Shown here: positions 60,368-64,000 of the stretch, in pieces
Layout of the letters: each line of letters starts with the position of its first letter
Position numbering within the stretch: position 1 is the first letter of the stretch
DNA from: Oikopleura dioica
Lineage: Eukaryota; Animalia; Chordata
NCBI GenBank assembly: GCA_907165135.1
Contig: OU015567.1
Span: 5,146,001 to 5,210,000, forward strand
Length of the DNA stretch: 64,000 bases
Reading direction: 5' to 3'
Program-made: the position numbers and the translations under genes
The notes under the pieces: generated by a model
Seen by the model: only the letters and a program-made list of their open reading frames with translations
What the model was told of the DNA's origin: nothing
Databases searched by the model: none

Positions 60368-63300
60368 CTAGTGCCCCTCAAAACAAGCAGAATAGTATTT
60401 GACATCGTCGTACTTTGATCTTCGTCGAAAGAAAAACCTTGCTGCTTCGTCAGGTTCTTTTGTAACGGACATAGTCAGGAGATCTTTGAGTCGGAAGAGG
60501 TTCGTATCGCAGTTTGTATACAAAGAGAGCTATGAAAAATTGAATGAAGAGGAACTTCTTTTATGAGTTACGTCAATTTCAACCAGTCGTCCATCTGGAT
60601 GAATGAAGTAGCCATTTGGATGTCTTATGATGTTGAGGCGAAAAATGGCGTTTCTTAGTGTGGATAGCCTCTTCCTTAATTCAGCGTGGATTTTCAAATC
60701 TTCCGCAGTTTCGATTTCGAAAGGATATGTGCTCGTGTCGTAAGAATCTATTGATCCAGAGGAACATCTACTTTTATAGGCATTCTGAAGCTCGGATCGC
60801 CATTTTTTTCATAAAATTTTGAGATGGTTTCGAAAAAATATCGACCCTTGTCCTGGTAGAAACCGTAAAGTCCATAGTCCAGAGCTTTTGCTGCATCATT
60901 TAATATTGCTTCATCAATTTCTACCTTGAAGGGAGGTGAGAATTATGGGATGGTTTCTGGAACAGACAAAAAAAATTTCGACAAAATTTGCGTAGGCGGC
61001 TACTCAGCAACTGATTGGCCGGTTTGCTGAATCTAGGCTTCTGATTGGCTGAAAATTTCCACGCAAAATTTGTCGAAATTTTTTTGTCGGTTCTAGACAC
61101 CTCCCCAGAATTATATAATTTTAAATAAAAAAGTAACTTACAAACGTCGCATTAGTATAAGCTTCAATATCTCTGTCAACTAAGACATTCATCCTGCAAA
61201 TGGTAAAGATTCTTGTGCTCCACTTGTCCAATTCCTCGCGGTTCACAGAGCGTATACAGTGTCCTCCAGAACGATGGTTTGGAAAGGCAAGGAAATACTC
61301 TCTTGTTGCTTCATCGGTGGGACCATAATTATAGATCGGATACTCCTCATTTGTTTCAATATTCGTGAAACGAAGGCCCATCCAATGAGTCCTTCCAAAA
61401 GTAAAAAATTCAGCTTTATACGCGGGCTTGTCATTTGGACCGTCGCTAGAATTGTTTAAATTCTTATTTTTTTTCTCGAAGAACAAACCTAAGAATAGCA
61501 TACATGATGTATTCATCTAGATCTTCGATTCCACTTGCAAGAAACTCATTTCCAAGCCAGATTTCTCGTGTTCCTTCAAAATCTCCAAGTTTTTTGATGA
61601 TTTCATCGACAGAATTTGAGCTGTAAAATGATATAAAAACTTACACGATAGGAGTACCTATTGATCATGAAGCGGTCTTTTTCATCGCAAAAAATAACAT
61701 CCTCCATATATGTTTTGTTTTCAATTTTTCTGTTGAAGGCTCTCAAATTTTTATATTATATTTAGGGTTTCCGGTAGTAAAAATGCTTACTTTTGATCCT
61801 CAAGGTTTTTTTTATATTTTTAAGCGCTCTATGGATAGCTTAGATGATTTTAAGCAAGAATATGAAATGAAAAAGTAGGTGTATAATTTCGGAAGTTGGT
61901 CAAATATGCCAAAATGTGAAAAAGTACGAATCTTCAATCCCTTTTTGACCAATTTCCGAAATTATACACCTACTTTTTTATTTCATATTTTTACTCAGTA
62001 TCCTCTAAGCTATCGATAGAGCCCATAAAAATGCCAAAAACCCCTTGAGGATCGAAAGATAATTTTTGTCCGGAGACCCGAATTATATTATATATTTGGA
62101 AATTTGAAAGCCTTAACTTCCGGCATAGCGAATTTTCGACAATTGATACTCGTCGGTCCACTTGTCGGTCAATCCCACATAAAGGTCCTTGTTTAGGAAA
62201 CTCGTAAGATCGTTGGTATTGTTTGCTTAATTGAAAAAAAAAATTTCAAAAAAAATTTTTTTTAAAAATTATTCGTACCTTCTTTTTCTTGTAAAGAAAT
62301 AACTTCATCTTCACAAAAAGGCCTCGTTGTATATGCTTTGTTTCGCGATATAAGTCGGATGGTCGGCTTTGATTGTACTTCATTTCGATTATAATTCATC
62401 ATGAGAGTATCTTCGCGGTGAAAGATGCTTTCTTTTTCTGTTGAGGTGAATTCATACGGCTAAGAAATTATTTTAGATCTGAGAAATTGCAGTTTTTATT
62501 ACATTTATATCGATAAATTCGCCGTTGAAATCCACTAGTCGTTGAAATTTCAGATGATATGGAAGGTATATCGGAAGATGATACTTTTTTCGCTCTCACT
62601 TCTTGGCTCCGCAACCTGTGTAGAAAACCTGAGTCGGGGTCTGAAAAGCCGCAAAAAGATTTTAAAGACCCTGACTCAGGTTTTCTTCACAGGATACTGA
62701 GCTGAAAACTTGAGTCAGGGTCTGAAAACTCGCAAATAGATTTTGAGACCCTGAGTCAGGTTTTCTTCAATGGATACCGAGCTGAGAACCTGAGTCAGGG
62801 TCTGAAATTCCGCAAAAAGATTTTGAGACCCTGACTCAGGTTTTCTGAACAGGAGGCCTAGCTCAGCTCGTTGTTGAGAGCGTTTTCCTGATCATAATAA
62901 ATCGCTATTTCTTGAAAAAATTGAAGATCACTTCTATTTCTCGGAACAAAAATCTCCCCGAAAGAGCAATTGAAGCCCTGTTGAAGCCGAATATACGTTT
63001 CCATCTTTGCATCCAAAAATCTCCAGTTTTCATCGACCTCTCCAAACAACGGTCGAGGTTTGGTTTCATAAAAGTCGAGCGGCAAAGTTTTCGAAATGCA
63101 CAATGAAAAATACGGAGATTTGCTAGTGTTGATCGAATTATTTGTCCAGGAAGTATTTTACTTTTATCTGAAGCAAATTTTTAATCAAAAATCGATTGAC
63201 CGAAACAGCGTACCTTTTGAAGTCTCGAAGCAAAAAACTGGCTCGTTTTTCGTTTTGACAATTTTTCCGGTAAAAATCGTGCCCTCAAAATACTCCCTCG

Positions 63301-63557
63301 ACGCGTCCGGGAAAGAAAGAAACGGTTCTCCAGCGTTGTCAGGCATTCTTTGGTCGTACTGTCGGATGAGATATTCATTGTCGCCGATTTTGTCTACTGG
63401 ATTGTGGACAAAAACCACTGAAAACATTTCTAAGCGATTTTTCAAGCGAGTGTCTTACTTTCACCATTGAGAAGGTTGTCATTTGTTTCGTGAATCGAGG
63501 ATTCGATTGAATCATTTTTGATGAAAAACACATTTCCCTTGCACATTTCATCTTCAA
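60368..63557 (-). CDS. Multi-exon gene (or tandem genes) with degenerate C-type-lectin-like domains
   Basis: Open exons at 63185-63557, 62858-63103 (CSFGEIFVPRNRSDLQFF), 61121-61516 (HWMGL...GGHCI...W...FTICR) and 60368-60930. The exon linkage is not fully resolved. Confidence 0.5.
60956..61097. mobile_element. Short palindromic element in an intron
   Basis: GACAAAAAAAATTTCGACAAAATTTGCGT ... ACGCAAAATTTGTCGAAATTTTTTTGTC. Confidence 0.7.
61763..62080. mobile_element. Foldback element in an intron
   Basis: AAAAAGTAGGTGTATAATTTCGGAAGTTGGTCAAA / TTTGACCAATTTCCGAAATTATACACCTACTTTTT, plus outer arms GATCCTCAAGG / CCTTGAGGATC. Confidence 0.75.
62603..62858. repeat. Three tandem about 80-bp hairpin units of the CCTGAGTCAGG family
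   Basis: Units start near 62628, 62709 and 62789. Each contains CCTGAGTCAGGGTCTGA...GACCCTGASTCAGG. Confidence 0.85.
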
Positions 63558-63639
63558 GGTCGTATGTTAGCTCACCCTAGGAAAAGTTCGTTTTATTGCG
63601 AATAGAATCCATTTCTAGTAGTAGGGAGCTATCTTACCC

Positions 63640-63860
63640 CACCCTAGTGTTAGGGTGGTTCCTAGGGTTCTTTTACCCCCTAGGTTAGGCGTTAGGGTTA
63701 GGAACTAAGTTTTTAACTTTAGGGGGTCCCGGGGGGAGGGAGGGGGAGAGCGAAGCCCCAGGTAAGGGTTAGGTTAAAGGGAGAAGCTAAAAGTCTCTTT
63801 CTACTGTACCGAAATCTTACGAGTGCCCTAGGGGCCCTTACCTGATGGTCACCCCCATAG
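63640..63860. repeat. G-rich degenerate TAGGG/TTAGG repeat region
   Basis: TTAGGGTGG, TAGGTTAGGCGTTAGGGTTAGG and TAAGGGTTAGGTTAAAGGG around a GGGGGGAGGGAGGGGG tract. Confidence 0.5.
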
Positions 63861-64000
63861 ACCCCCTCTCCCTTAAAACGTCGCCGAGATATTGGATTGC
63901 ATGAATATTAGGCTCAAAATATAATTAATTAATATATTTAACCCTCGTTCTACATTCAGCTCATTTTTTACCAAAAGAAGGATGTTTCTCAAGTTTTCAA

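Noticed and set aside
63640-64000. True telomere
   Set aside because: The repeats are few and degenerate and are followed by ordinary AT-rich sequence.
1-64000. Autonomous transposase, reverse transcriptase or viral ORF
   Set aside because: No long ORF shows DDE, RT, integrase or capsid motifs. All elements seen are non-autonomous.

Overview
Eukaryotic, AT-rich, gene-dense DNA with many 35-50 nt introns and several inferred GC-AG and GA-AG introns. This architecture and the gene families fit an appendicularian tunicate such as Oikopleura (inference). Recognisable spliced genes are a C-terminally truncated stomatin-like gene, an Ig-superfamily type I membrane protein, C-type-lectin-like proteins, an SLC7A9-like transporter, a single-domain rhodanese, a divergent CSL/RBPJ-like factor, TRPA1-like, mitochondrial-type alanine aminotransferase, an apparently inactive PLA2-like protein and a trypsin-like protease. 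There are also several lineage-specific secreted proteins and three tRNA-Leu(AAG) genes. From about 18 kb onward the non-coding DNA is full of palindromic MITE/foldback elements: hAT-type with 8-bp TSD, TTAA-flanked types, and an abundant CCTGAGTCAGG family. The most notable findings are (1) a hAT-type element inserted inside a coding exon of the CSL-like gene, which must be spliced out as a new intron if the gene is functional; (2) a tandemly duplicated SLC7A9 terminal exon differing almost only at synonymous sites, with an antisense PRDQADx heptad-repeat small ORF between the copies; and (3) a CSL paralogue with an intact DNA-binding motif but altered Notch RAM-contact residues. All gene models were spliced by eye, so some boundaries are approximate. 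No prokaryotic system or CRISPR array is supported.
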